Assembly (NCBI GenBank): GCA_018693315.1
Contig: JABHLR010000004.1
Coordinates: 100,387 to 164,386 of the forward strand
Length of the DNA: 64,000 nucleotides
Direction: 5' to 3'
Source: an archaeon
GTDB lineage: Archaea; Nanobdellota; Nanobdellia; Pacearchaeales; GW2011-AR1
Part shown: positions 8,885 through 18,364 of the stretch, piece after piece
How the letters are laid out: each line of letters starts with the position of its first letter
How positions within the stretch are numbered: position 1 is the first letter of the stretch
Translations under genes and position numbers: made by a program
Notes under the pieces: model-generated
What the model was told of the DNA's origin: nothing
Databases searched by the model: none
The model's input: the letters and a program-made list of their open reading frames with translations, nothing else

Positions 8885-9405
8885 TCTACAACCTTCTTCT
8901 GCTTCCGCAGAATCTCTGTCTTAAATTTAGTTATCAAATAGTTCTCAATCTCTTCTCGAGTCACAACCAACCTTCGCGATTTTCCTCGCTTAACTTTCTT
9001 CCGCTCAACAGCCTTCCCAGCTCTAGTAAAAACAACAGTAACCTCGAAACCCATAATCCCAACTTCCCTAATATATTCCATCCCCGGAATCTCAATATAC
9101 TCATGGATCCCAAACGAAAAACAATTAGGCTGAATCTGCTTTTCCTTCAAAGTATTATCAATAGCCGGCAACAATTTCTTAACCATATTCAAAGCGTCCT
9201 CGCCTCTCAAAGTAACCTTAGTTCCAACTTCCAAACCAGGCCTAACGTTCCAAGTCGGAATTCTCTTAGTTGCTTTAACCTTAACCGCTTTCTTTCCAGA
9301 AACTTTCTCCAATAAAATAACTCCCTTATCCAACTTATCAGCAACGCCACCAATATTCAAAATAACCTTATCCAACTTAATTTCCTTCATTACATTTTCT
9401 GCCAT
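8881..9405 (-). CDS. rpl5: Ribosomal protein uL5
   Basis: MKEIKLDKVILNIGG...FSFGIHEYIEIPGMEY, plus synteny. Confidence 0.9.
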   Translation of the reverse strand: MAENVMKEIKLDKVILNIGGVADKLDKGVILLEKVSGKKAVKVKATKRIPTWNVRPGLEVGTKVTLRGEDALNMVKKLLPAIDNTLKEKQIQPNCFSFGIHEYIEIPGMEYIREVGIMGFEVTVVFTRAGKAVERKKVKRGKSRRLVVTREEIENYLITKFKTEILRKQKKVVE

Positions 9406-10064
9406 TATGCAATCACCAAGATAGTCTTGTAAGGCAAACTCACAGTCTTATCTTCCAATTTAATTTGATAATTCCTACCACGAACCAATTCCTCAAACCC
9501 AACAAGTTCACCCTTCTCACCAGCATGCTTACCCAAAACAATCTCAACTTTCGCGCCTTCCTTCAACGGCAAAATCTTAACAATCTTATCTTCCTTAGTA
9601 TTCAAAAGAACAGAATCACCAACCGAAAATTTCTCAGCAGTCATAATATTCTGACCATCATCCAAATTCATCTGAATCTTCTTGGATCCCAAAATCTTCT
9701 TCCCGCGAATCTTAACAATCTTACTATCAGCTTCCTTAGCAGAAACCTCAACCAACTTAAACTTCTTATTAACAATCTCCAACTTATAATTCAACTTAGC
9801 TTTCTCAAGATTCAAAACATCAAAAACCTGAACAGGGAAATCCTCATCCTTCCGAATCTTATTATTAACCTTAACCATTCCACCCAAAGTCATTCTCCTA
9901 ACTTCCTTCCTCGTCTTAGCAATTTTCAAAACATCTCTCAGCAAAAACAACAGCGAAATTCCCTTAGAAGTCGCATGACTAGGCACGGCTACAAATCTTC
10001 TTCCTCGACCTTTTCGCGGAACCGGCCACGACTTAGGCATCTGTGTTTTCTTTATATGTGCCAT
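9405..10064 (-). CDS. rps4e: Ribosomal protein eS4
   Basis: MAHIKKTQMPKSWPVPRKGRGRRFVAVPSH...LRDVLKIAKTRKEVRRM. Confidence 0.9.
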   Translation of the reverse strand: MAHIKKTQMPKSWPVPRKGRGRRFVAVPSHATSKGISLLFLLRDVLKIAKTRKEVRRMTLGGMVKVNNKIRKDEDFPVQVFDVLNLEKAKLNYKLEIVNKKFKLVEVSAKEADSKIVKIRGKKILGSKKIQMNLDDGQNIMTAEKFSVGDSVLLNTKEDKIVKILPLKEGAKVEIVLGKHAGEKGELVGFEELVRGRNYQIKLEDKTVSLPYKTILVIA

Positions 10065-10507
10065 TATTTCTTAGCCTCCTTTGGTTTAGATTCAACTTTC
10101 TTAATTTCCTTCTTTTCTTCAACATTTTCAACAACAGCATTCTTCAACCTCTTCTTGTCATCAACATTCAAAATAATTATCTTAACATTCGAAGGATGAA
10201 ACCATGTAATCAACTTCTCTCCACCAGCCTTTCCAGCTCTCTGCAATCCATCAATCTGAATTCGCGTATTCTTAACATCAACAATCCCAACCTTGCCCTG
10301 CTTCTTCGCGAACTTTCCTCTCATAACCTTAACCTCGTCACCCTTCCGAACCTCAATACTTCTTCGCCCATACTTAGCCCTCAAAGGTTTATCCAAAGTC
10401 GCTCCCAGCAAAGTTCTCTTGATATGATTAGGCGCATTAGCCAAAAACTTCCTCTGCTTCCGAGGCTGCTTACTCGATTTCCACGATTTATTAAATTCTG
10501 CTTTCAT
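10064..10507 (-). CDS. rpl24: Ribosomal protein uL24
   Basis: RSIEVRKGDEVKVMRGKFAKKQGKVGIVD (KOW motif). Has a K/E-rich tail. Confidence 0.9.
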   Translation of the reverse strand: MKAEFNKSWKSSKQPRKQRKFLANAPNHIKRTLLGATLDKPLRAKYGRRSIEVRKGDEVKVMRGKFAKKQGKVGIVDVKNTRIQIDGLQRAGKAGGEKLITWFHPSNVKIIILNVDDKKRLKNAVVENVEEKKEIKKVESKPKEAKK

Positions 10508-10908
10508 TAGTAAACCCCGCTAGCAATTTTAGCGACCTCCTTCCATCTTTCCTGAACTTCTCTAGCAACAGTGCCCTTAATCTGTGTACCCTTCGGATTA
10601 CCCTTGTCATCTTTCAAAAGCGCAACAGCATTGTCCTCAAAACAAACTCTCTCTCCAGTATTCCTTTTCCACGGCTTCCTCTGCCTAACCAAAACCGCAT
10701 CGAAAATCTCACCCTTCATTTTAGGATCGCCCTTCCGAACAGAAACTTTAATCTGGTCCGCAATCTTAGCATAAGTCATTCTACCCTTGCTCGTCTTACA
10801 ATGCTTAACTCCAACAATCTTACAAATCCTCGCACCACTATTATCACAAGCTTCAAGCAAGCTACCAATATTCAAAGCCCGAGTCGCACGACCACTTACA
10901 GCCTTCAT
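10507..10908 (-). CDS. rpl14: Ribosomal protein uL14
   Basis: LEACDNSGARICKIVGVKH...AVLVRQRKPWKR. Confidence 0.9.
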   Translation of the reverse strand: MKAVSGRATRALNIGSLLEACDNSGARICKIVGVKHCKTSKGRMTYAKIADQIKVSVRKGDPKMKGEIFDAVLVRQRKPWKRNTGERVCFEDNAVALLKDDKGNPKGTQIKGTVAREVQERWKEVAKIASGVY

Positions 10909-11279
10909 GCCTTCACCTCCAATTTCCTAACAACTTTACTAACAACAAAATGAATCGTCTTACTAATCGGTCGAGTCTCAGCAATCTGAATCAAATCTCC
11001 AACACCAACGCCATCCTTCATACACTCAGGAAGCCTAGCGTGAATCTTCGTTCGCCTCTTCTCATATCTTTCATACTTAGCCAACCTCAACATTCTCTCA
11101 AACTGAATTGTAACCCTACCATGCAACTTCTTAATAACAGCCCCCTCAAAAGTTCGTCCCCTCATCTTCAATTTCCTATCTCCATGAACTGGACAAAGCC
11201 TATCGTTACAACTAACTTCAGCTTTCTTAATAGTCTTCTTCGCGACTTTCTTCTTTGTTGTTTTCTTTTCTGTTACCAT
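10905..11279 (-). CDS. rps17: Ribosomal protein uS17
   Basis: CNDRLCPVHGDRKLKMRGRTFEGAVIKKLHGRVTIQFE...YERYEKRRTKIHA. Confidence 0.9.
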   Translation of the reverse strand: MVTEKKTTKKKVAKKTIKKAEVSCNDRLCPVHGDRKLKMRGRTFEGAVIKKLHGRVTIQFERMLRLAKYERYEKRRTKIHARLPECMKDGVGVGDLIQIAETRPISKTIHFVVSKVVRKLEVKA

Positions 11280-11285
11280 TTTATT

Positions 11286-11585
11286 TTAATCTTCAATTTG
11301 GTCTTCGCTGAAACCCTCAGCAACCAAAACTGGTTTTATGTGTCCTTGATGATTCCCTTGCAATTCAATAACCTTGTTCTTTATCGTACCACCACAAGCT
11401 CGCTTCATTTTAAGCGTTTTTGCGACAGCCTTAATATCAACGCCGTCATCGAACCCACTGATCATTGTATTGACTTTCCCGAAACGCCTTTTCTCCGTCG
11501 TGACAGTAATCTGCTGTTGTGTCTTAGCAATTTCGCCACACACACACGCCGCCAAAGGCAATCCACATTTCGGACATATATCCAT
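11286..11585 (-). CDS. Translation initiation factor aIF1/SUI1
   Basis: 99 aa. N-terminal CPKCG...CVC knuckle, then RRFGKVNTMISGF...ACGGTIKNKVIELQGNH. Confidence 0.85.
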   Translation of the reverse strand: MDICPKCGLPLAACVCGEIAKTQQQITVTTEKRRFGKVNTMISGFDDGVDIKAVAKTLKMKRACGGTIKNKVIELQGNHQGHIKPVLVAEGFSEDQIED

Positions 11586-11753
11586 TTACTTCTTTGCTTC
11601 CTCCGGTTTAATTTGATTCTTCATAGTTAACATCCGCGCAATTTCCTTTTTAATGCTTCCTCTTTTCGTCGGGTTCTTCAACAATTCAATCTTCAAATCA
11701 ACAATCTTCTTCGCTATTTCTTTATCTGTCATTTTCTTATCTACCATAAACAT
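11586..11753 (-). CDS. rpl29: Ribosomal protein uL29 (55 aa; below the track cutoff)
   Basis: My translation: MFMVDKKMTDKEIAKKIVDLKIELLKNPTKRGSIKKEIARMLTMKNQIKPEEAKK. Its stop abuts the SUI1 ATG, and it sits in the expected slot between S3 and S17. Confidence 0.75.
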   Translation of the reverse strand: MFMVDKKMTDKEIAKKIVDLKIELLKNPTKRGSIKKEIARMLTMKNQIKPEEAKK

Positions 11754-11837
11754 AAATCTCCGATTTTTGTTTCCGCGTTTTTCATCTGGAAAAACAAGAC
11801 AATCTTTCTCTTTTGCTTTAGCAATTTATTTACCATT

Positions 11838-12524
11838 TTATTTTTTCTTAACCTTCCTTTTCTTCTTTATTTTCTTAACAGTCTCTTCAACTTCCTCAAA
11901 AGTCGCATTCTTCTTAACGGCTTCAATTAAAGCCTCATCGACAGTAATCTGATCACACATAACAACACCAGGAGCCAAAATCGCAACCTTAATCCCAACA
12001 ACACCCTGCTTCGTAGTCGCAGTAGCCTCAGCCCTGTCAACAACCTTCGCAGCATCCCCAGTTTTCTTCAAATAACCGAAAGCAAATCTCCAAGATCGCG
12101 CCCTATCACTCGGCAACTTTCCAGACACTCTCAACTCAGCACCCAAAGCACCAGAATTCTTAATCTTACCAAGAGCCCTATAACTCGAAGCCTTATATTT
12201 CATAGCTCCAAATCTCTCAAGCGTCAAAGCAATATCATCAGCAACTAACTGAGCATCAAACTCAGGATGCATAATCTCCTCAATATCAACATGCGGATTC
12301 TCCATCTTAAACCGTTTCTTCAAAACTTCAGTCAACTCATTGATCTTCTCCCCTCGCTTTCCAATAATCCAACCAGGCTTATGCGTCGAAACAACAATCT
12401 TCTCACCAACGGGAGTATATTCAATTCTTACCTTCGAAACTTTTCCCATACCAAACATTCGCTTCACAAATTGCTTAATATTGTACTCGTCTTTCCTTAC
12501 GCCAACAAATTTCTTTTCTTCCAT
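11838..12524 (-). CDS. rps3: Ribosomal protein uS3
   Basis: KH-domain region IEYTPVGEKIVVSTHKPGWIIGKRGEKINEL, plus synteny. Confidence 0.9.
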   Translation of the reverse strand: MEEKKFVGVRKDEYNIKQFVKRMFGMGKVSKVRIEYTPVGEKIVVSTHKPGWIIGKRGEKINELTEVLKKRFKMENPHVDIEEIMHPEFDAQLVADDIALTLERFGAMKYKASSYRALGKIKNSGALGAELRVSGKLPSDRARSWRFAFGYLKKTGDAAKVVDRAEATATTKQGVVGIKVAILAPGVVMCDQITVDEALIEAVKKNATFEEVEETVKKIKKKRKVKKK

Positions 12525-13063
12525 TATTTCTTTTTCCTCTTAATCAATTTAGTTTTTTCAACAACTTCAATATGAACATGACATCTCTTAGCCCTTCGAC
12601 CACCACGCCTCAAAGGTGCAGCTGCCCTATCAGCCTTAGCAACCCTAATCACAGGAGCTTCAATCCCATTAACAACAGCGTTAGCCCCAGCCTGCTTCAC
12701 AACTTCCATAATCGCAATACACGCAGTCTTTGGGAATCGACCACCAGCAAGCCCTCGACCTTTCCTATGACCAATTTCCAAACCAGCCATTGGCACAGGC
12801 CTCTTCTCATCAACAACAGCTTGCAATCTCTCAATCGCAGCCTCAGGAGTTTTACCAACAATAGTTCTACAAACAAACTTAGACTGCTTAGGCGAAATTC
12901 TCAAAGCAACACCATTAGCAATCGCAACATCCTTCTTTTTAGTTTCAACTTTCTTAACGACCTTTTTCTCTTCTTTCTTAATCTCAGCCTTTTCAGCCTT
13001 GACATCTTTCTTGATATCTTCTTTAATATCTTTTTCAACATTAGTTTTCTTTTCGTTTACCAT
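12524..13063 (-). CDS. rpl22: Ribosomal protein uL22 with a K/E-rich N-terminal extension
   Basis: Core ISPKQSKFVCRTIVGKTPEAAIERL. Start taken at MVNEKK, just after the S19 stop. The track ORF extends to 13120. Confidence 0.85.
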   Translation of the reverse strand: MVNEKKTNVEKDIKEDIKKDVKAEKAEIKKEEKKVVKKVETKKKDVAIANGVALRISPKQSKFVCRTIVGKTPEAAIERLQAVVDEKRPVPMAGLEIGHRKGRGLAGGRFPKTACIAIMEVVKQAGANAVVNGIEAPVIRVAKADRAAAPLRRGGRRAKRCHVHIEVVEKTKLIKRKKK

Positions 13064-13064
13064 T

Positions 13065-13463
13065 TTACAATAAAGTCTTCTTCTTCTTAGCACCGCCTCC
13101 AATCGATGTATGCTTTGCAATCTTTCGAGTCATGGAGAACTCACCTAATCGGTGTCCCAACATTTCCTCGACAATAACAACCTTAACAAACTCCTTCCCA
13201 TTATAAACCCCAATAGTCTTACCCAACAACTTAGGCACAATCACAATTGTTCTGTCATGCGTCTTAATCGGCTTGTTCCTAGATTCCTTAACTTCACAAA
13301 GTTTAACAAAAGCTTCAACAATATCATAGTTCCTCAAAATAGTTCTTCGAGCTCGAGACTTAACCATCTTCGCAAACTCTCGAGTATCAAGAGCTTTCAA
13401 TTCCTCAGTGTTCTTCCCTCGGAAAAACTTGTCCTTACTTTTCTTTACTAATTCGTCTGCCAT
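13065..13463 (-). CDS. rps19: Ribosomal protein uS19
   Basis: THDRTIVIVPKLLGKTIGVYNGKEFVKVVIVEEMLGHRLGEF. Confidence 0.9.
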   Translation of the reverse strand: MADELVKKSKDKFFRGKNTEELKALDTREFAKMVKSRARRTILRNYDIVEAFVKLCEVKESRNKPIKTHDRTIVIVPKLLGKTIGVYNGKEFVKVVIVEEMLGHRLGEFSMTRKIAKHTSIGGGAKKKKTLL

Positions 13464-13464
13464 C

Positions 13465-14163
13465 TTATCTTTTCTTCCTCCCTGTTCTTCTCGGTCTAAT
13501 CAAACCAACCTTCTTACCAGGCGACGCATTTCGTTTAGCAATCGCGCTCTTCATTCTCTTACCTCGACCAGATCCAAACGGATGATCAATAGCGTTCATT
13601 TTAACCGGAGAAACTCTTGGCCATAACTTAGACTTAGATTTCATTATATAAAACTTCTTACCAGCCTGCAAAATCGGCTTACTCATCCTACCGTCCCCGG
13701 CAGCTCGTCCAATAGTAACCCTACAATTAACATCAAATTTCTTAACCCTCTTCGACGGCATCATAATCTTAACAGCGTCTCCTTCCTTCGCCATAATCAC
13801 AGCAAAATTCCCAGCAGTCCTAACAAACTTCCCACCATCAGTAGGATTACGCTCAATATTAAAAACCTCAGTCCCATTCTTCAAATCCCCAATCTTAGCA
13901 ATATCCCCAAACTTATTCCCACCAACATTAATTGTCTGACCAACATACAATAAGTTCACGGCAAAATTCTCAAAGACCTTCCCTTCTTTATTTTTAAACT
14001 TAGCAATCGGAGCAGAATGACCAGGCGAAACGCTCAGCTTCACGCACTTGAAATCTCCCTTCAAGTCAAACAAATATCCAGGCCTAACCTTACTAGCCTT
14101 CTCTCGAGTCTTGTAAGTATGCCCACCCTTTCCTCTTCGCTGCTGAATAATTCTCTTACCCAT
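13465..14163 (-). CDS. rpl2: Ribosomal protein uL2
   Basis: NAIDHPFGSGRGKRMKSAIAKRNASPGKKVG. Confidence 0.95.
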   Translation of the reverse strand: MGKRIIQQRRGKGGHTYKTREKASKVRPGYLFDLKGDFKCVKLSVSPGHSAPIAKFKNKEGKVFENFAVNLLYVGQTINVGGNKFGDIAKIGDLKNGTEVFNIERNPTDGGKFVRTAGNFAVIMAKEGDAVKIMMPSKRVKKFDVNCRVTIGRAAGDGRMSKPILQAGKKFYIMKSKSKLWPRVSPVKMNAIDHPFGSGRGKRMKSAIAKRNASPGKKVGLIRPRRTGRKKR

Positions 14164-14164
14164 C

Positions 14165-14422
14165 CTACATCAACCCCAACTTAGTCGCAACATCCACAGC
14201 TGGATAATCCGATTTCAATTTAACATAAGCAACCTTCTTATTTTTCAAAGTATGCGTCCTAACCTTAGCAACCTTCACCCCAAACAACTCCTCAACTTCC
14301 TTTCGAATATCAGGCTTGTTAATCGCTCGATCAACCTCGAATACCAAAACATTATCTACCTCAATCTGCCTAACTATCTTCTCCGTCGACTTCACTTTCT
14401 CCAAAATTATTGTCTTACTCAT
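14165..14422 (-). CDS. rpl23: Ribosomal protein uL23
   Basis: 85 aa. VLVFEVDRAINKPDIRKEVEELFGVKVAKVRT. Confidence 0.9.
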   Translation of the reverse strand: MSKTIILEKVKSTEKIVRQIEVDNVLVFEVDRAINKPDIRKEVEELFGVKVAKVRTHTLKNKKVAYVKLKSDYPAVDVATKLGLM

Positions 14423-15156
14423 TTGAACCGACCTCCAATCTCAGCAATCGCTTTCTCACTGTAACAAACCAATCGTCCAACAACACCATTCAAAGTCAAA
14501 TCCTTAATCGACAATTCATCAACATGAACAACTTCAATCCCCTTTCTTTTCATATTCTCTTCATTAGCGACAACAAACAAAAGCCCAGCATTACTCTTAT
14601 ATTTCCGACCCCTCATCTTACCTCGACCAGCCCGAATAGTTTTATTTTTCCAAACCTTAGCTTCACCAAAAACAGTACTCAAAGTTTTCTTAAAATCCTT
14701 AGTCTTCAATTCCAAAACAGCACCATCAAAAACGACAACATCCTTAACGCCACTCAAAGCAGAACAATAAGCGATCGCCAATTCTTTCTTGTTAATCTTC
14801 TTGAATAAATTCTTTCCACTTCGAGGAGCATGCGGTCTTCGACCACCACGAGTAGAAGCAATAGTCGCACCAATCCAATTAAACGAAGCACCATGCCTAG
14901 ACATTACCTTTCTAGGAACCCTGGAAATACCCTTACCATAAGTCGCCTTCCAGTCATGCCTCTTCTTCTTAGAAATACCAGAAGCAGAATACTGAGCACC
15001 AGCACCTTCCATGGCACCATAAGCCTGCAGATGAATTCCTTTCTGCGCCTCAAAAACCTTCAATAAAATATCAGCTCGAACTTTCTTACTAAAACATTTA
15101 GGCAAATCAAAATCCTTCTTCACTTTTCCAGCCTTATCGAATAACTTAGTTTTCAT
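14419..15156 (-). CDS. rpl4: Ribosomal protein uL4
   Basis: GAGAQYSASGISKKKRHDWKATYGKGISRVPRK, plus synteny. Confidence 0.9.
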   Translation of the reverse strand: MKTKLFDKAGKVKKDFDLPKCFSKKVRADILLKVFEAQKGIHLQAYGAMEGAGAQYSASGISKKKRHDWKATYGKGISRVPRKVMSRHGASFNWIGATIASTRGGRRPHAPRSGKNLFKKINKKELAIAYCSALSGVKDVVVFDGAVLELKTKDFKKTLSTVFGEAKVWKNKTIRAGRGKMRGRKYKSNAGLLFVVANEENMKRKGIEVVHVDELSIKDLTLNGVVGRLVCYSEKAIAEIGGRFK

Positions 15157-16097
15157 CGCAACCCAAGCACCTCAAACTTTTTCTTAGCCATAAACTTAGT
15201 TGGTCGGATAGCCTGACTAATCATAAGACCCCTCTTCTGTGGCCCAGGAACCGAACCCTTCACAATAATATAATCGTTCTTAATAACACCATAATGCTCA
15301 AACCCACCCTTCGGATTAATATCCTTCTCGCCAATTTTTCCAACTTCCAAAATCAAACTATTATAAGAAATCCTATTATGATAACCAGTCTGCCCAGCCT
15401 GCGGAGCTCTAAACGTAACCCTCGACGGATGCCATGGAGCCAAAGAACCCGGCCTCCTCTGTCCCTTCTCGGACTTATGATCTTTCAATGCAATCCCAAA
15501 TCGCTTCACAGGACCATTGGTACCAAAGCCCTTAGTCACGCCACGAACATCAACAAGACCATCACTGAAAACTTCACTAATCAAAATATCCTTCCCAATC
15601 CTCTCCTTAATAAAAGCCAACTTCTCATCAACAGATCCAGACAATCCAATCTCAGCCATATCAGCCTTATTCTTATCAACGCAAGTATTCTTCACACCAG
15701 AAAACAAAATCACCCTAACATCATCAAACTCAATATCATCCTTAATCTCGCCAACCTTTTTAGAAAGCTTAACACTTTTTTTCAAAACCTTATCATTAGA
15801 AACCACAACATCCTTCATCACCTTCCCATTTTTATAAAATCGAACAGAATAAATTTTCATAGCCGGACACTCAATAATAGTCGCCGGAATCACAATCCTC
15901 TTGTTTTTAGCCATAGAATGTTCAGTATCATCCTTAGCCCAAACAGAAGTCATACCAACCTTATATCCAACAAAACCCATAAATCCAACACCATCCTTAG
16001 AGGTCGCTTTCCAGTTCACGCTAGGTACAACCTTCTTTGCTCTAACCCTCGGGTAGAACTGAAGACTTCCACTACGCATTCCGTTATTATCTGTCAT
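15153..16097 (-). CDS. rpl3: Ribosomal protein uL3
   Basis: FVGYKVGMTSVWA...VRGVTKGFGTNGPVKRFG...GQTGYHNR. Confidence 0.95.
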   Translation of the reverse strand: MTDNNGMRSGSLQFYPRVRAKKVVPSVNWKATSKDGVGFMGFVGYKVGMTSVWAKDDTEHSMAKNKRIVIPATIIECPAMKIYSVRFYKNGKVMKDVVVSNDKVLKKSVKLSKKVGEIKDDIEFDDVRVILFSGVKNTCVDKNKADMAEIGLSGSVDEKLAFIKERIGKDILISEVFSDGLVDVRGVTKGFGTNGPVKRFGIALKDHKSEKGQRRPGSLAPWHPSRVTFRAPQAGQTGYHNRISYNSLILEVGKIGEKDINPKGGFEHYGVIKNDYIIVKGSVPGPQKRGLMISQAIRPTKFMAKKKFEVLGLR

Positions 16098-16258
16098 TTG
16101 TTTTGTTTCCTGGATGAACGTGAACCGAAGTCCTTTTTCATCCTGCAGTAGTTTTCGCTACTTGATAATTTTTCGATAGCACTCGAATCATTATCGTGAC
16201 CAACCAATCACAAATCTCATCACCCAAACATTTAAGTTTTGGATGGAACTAAAATTAT

Positions 16259-16639
16259 TCACAGAATAGGGTATATAAAGCTTACCCCAGAACCAACAGC
16301 CCCAATCAAAACCCCAAAAATCACCCTCTTCCAATCTCGCTCCAAATAAAACAACGAAACCAACAACAGGCAATAGGCGACGCTACCAAAAACACTATAC
16401 AAAAAATCTCCATAATAAAGCGAGGTAAAAACCAAAACAATCAATCCCAATCCCGCATAAACATCCTGCTTAACAAATAAGAACAATAATCCAAAAATAA
16501 CACCAGCTATAGCGAACTGCAAAAAATAAGCCATGTTATCAAGCATCCAAACACGAACCAAAACCAAAACGAAAAACGGCAAACCACCTAAGGCAATGAG
16601 GTCTCGCGCCAACACCTTCAACCAACCATCCTCTTTCAT
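16259..16639 (-). CDS. Hypothetical 4-TM membrane protein
   Basis: Start taken at the internal MKEDGWLKV. The longer track ORF (to 16852) would overlap the divergent + strand gene. No family recognised. Confidence 0.4.
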   Translation of the reverse strand: MKEDGWLKVLARDLIALGGLPFFVLVLVRVWMLDNMAYFLQFAIAGVIFGLLFLFVKQDVYAGLGLIVLVFTSLYYGDFLYSVFGSVAYCLLLVSLFYLERDWKRVIFGVLIGAVGSGVSFIYPIL

Positions 16640-16715
16640 AAAAAACCAACGCCAACAAACTTTAAAGCATTTTCGCCCCAAGCTTTTTAAACCAATTTTC
16701 GTTTCATTTACTATG

Positions 16716-17363
16716 GCAATCAAAACTCCAAAAATTCTACCAGGCGAAAAAGGATACGTTTCAAGAAAAGAAAAGACAGCAAAGAAAAAATCAACCGAAA
16801 AAAGATCAAGGGCAACACAAAGAAAAAAAGATATGACCATCGGTAGAATCAAAACCGGGAAAAAAGGCTATAGGATAGGAAAGCTAACAATCACTCCACG
16901 AAAAGAAAGAAAATACCCAATCTGGCGATACTCAAGAAAAATCGGAGAACTTCTTGTAAAACACAAAGACACACCAGAAGAAGAAGTCACCCTAACATTC
17001 AACAGACTCGGTGGGATCGGAAACTTCAAACACTTAATTCAAGATGCAGACTTCCAGCTCCAATGGGCAATCCGAGAACAAGAACTTCTAATGACCCAAG
17101 ACAAATGCTACAACTGCGGTAAAAAATTATCAAAATCAGCAAAGCCAAATCTCTACCATCACAAAATGTTCAAGAAAAGAACAGAGCTCTTGGAAAAAGC
17201 ATCGAAGGTCCCAGAAGAAGTTATCAAGGGAAAATTAACAATCGAAAAGGGCTGGGAAAAATTCAACGATATTCTAGAAGAAGGCAACAGATACTACATG
17301 TCCCTAAAAGATACAGTTCTACTCTGTTCATCTTGCGCAAAACAAAAGAACCTCCACGAATAA
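16716..17363 (+). CDS. Basic protein with a CxxC...HH...CxxC (HNH-like) zinc-finger module; hypothetical
   Basis: Start taken at MAIKTPK within track ORF 16533..17363. C-terminal motif: CYNCGKKLSKSAKPNLYHHKMF...LLCSSCAKQK. Its stop overlaps the next gene's start (TAATG). Confidence 0.45.
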   Translation, partial: AIKTPKILPGEKGYVSRKEKTAKKKSTEKRSRATQRKKDMTIGRIKTGKKGYRIGKLTITPRKERKYPIWRYSRKIGELLVKHKDTPEEEVTLTFNRLGGIGNFKHLIQDADFQLQWAIREQELLMTQDKCYNCGKKLSKSAKPNLYHHKMFKKRTELLEKASKVPEEVIKGKLTIEKGWEKFNDILEEGNRYYMSLKDTVLLCSSCAKQKNLHE

Positions 17364-17611
17364 TGGAAAAACCCTGGTTTGTTTACATTCTCGAATGCCA
17401 AGACGGCTCTTTCTACACCGGCGTAACAAACGACCTCGACAAACGAATGAAAACCCACGCCGAAGGAAAAGGCAGCAAATACGTCCGCCATAAAAGATTC
17501 AAATGCTTACTGCGATCAAAACAATGCGAATCAAAATCCGACGCGCATAAAGAAGAATACAAAATAAAACAATTACAAAAATGGGATAAACTAGATTACT
17601 TCAAGCAGTGA
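17363..17611 (+). CDS. GIY-YIG nuclease superfamily protein (UPF0213/YhbQ-like)
   Basis: MEKPWFVYILECQDGSFYTGVTNDLDKRMKTHAEGKGSKYV... (GIY...YTG...R..H motif order). Confidence 0.8.
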   Translation: MEKPWFVYILECQDGSFYTGVTNDLDKRMKTHAEGKGSKYVRHKRFKCLLRSKQCESKSDAHKEEYKIKQLQKWDKLDYFKQ

Positions 17612-18305
17612 ACTCAGCTTCACTATTCTTCTCAATCATATCTGCAATAACCTTCCTCTTAACAACACCCTTCCTCTTCGCAAGCTCACGAACTTCAGCC
17701 GGCTTCAACTCAGCAACATTCGAAGGATAAACAATATCAGTCACCTCAATAGTATGATTAGCAGAAACTATCTGGAAATCCCCAACACCAAAAAACAAAT
17801 AATCAACAAGCTCTCTATCTTCAGTTTTCAAGGAACAAAAATCCGCAACAATACCTTCACCCTCTTTCTTGCTCTTCTTACCATCAGCAGGAGCCTTCGG
17901 CTTAATCTTCAAAACAAATCCATCACCCTTAAACGAAAGAGCAAAAAACGCCTTAGGATATTTTTCCATCAAAGCAATAATTTCATCGCACTTAATCTCA
18001 CCATTAACAACATGCTTTCGAACACCCTGAAAATTCTTAACCTTCTCAATCTCAAAGCTAATCTCATCCCTTAGATCCAAAGTCGAAACAATAACACCCT
18101 TGACCTCAACACTCTCGCCAACCTTACCCAAACATTTCCGAACCAAAATATTCGCATATTCAGCCCCAGCCTTAATCGCCCATTTCTTCGCCTGCTTTTT
18201 TCCATCAAGCAAAAACTTATTCTTATACTCACCACGACCAAACTTCAAAAAACTCGCATGAACCTCAGCATCAAAAACGCCATCAAAGATCTTTTTCATA
18301 ACCAT
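17601..18305 (-). CDS. Hypothetical protein (234 aa)
   Basis: Long ORF whose codon bias matches its neighbours. No motif recognised. Confidence 0.5.
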   Translation of the reverse strand: MVMKKIFDGVFDAEVHASFLKFGRGEYKNKFLLDGKKQAKKWAIKAGAEYANILVRKCLGKVGESVEVKGVIVSTLDLRDEISFEIEKVKNFQGVRKHVVNGEIKCDEIIALMEKYPKAFFALSFKGDGFVLKIKPKAPADGKKSKKEGEGIVADFCSLKTEDRELVDYLFFGVGDFQIVSANHTIEVTDIVYPSNVAELKPAEVRELAKRKGVVKRKVIADMIEKNSEAEFTA

Positions 18306-18364
18306 ATCACCAAATAAATTCTAAGCTTTATAAAACTTTATAAGTTCGCAAACCCTAGATTATT

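Noticed and set aside
16640-16852. The N-terminal 71 aa of track ORF 16259..16852 and the N-terminal 61 aa of track ORF 16533..17363, which overlap each other on opposite strands.
   Set aside because: The mutual overlap is resolved by using the internal starts (MKEDGW at 16639 and MAIKTPK at 16716). That leaves a normal 76-nt divergent intergenic region.
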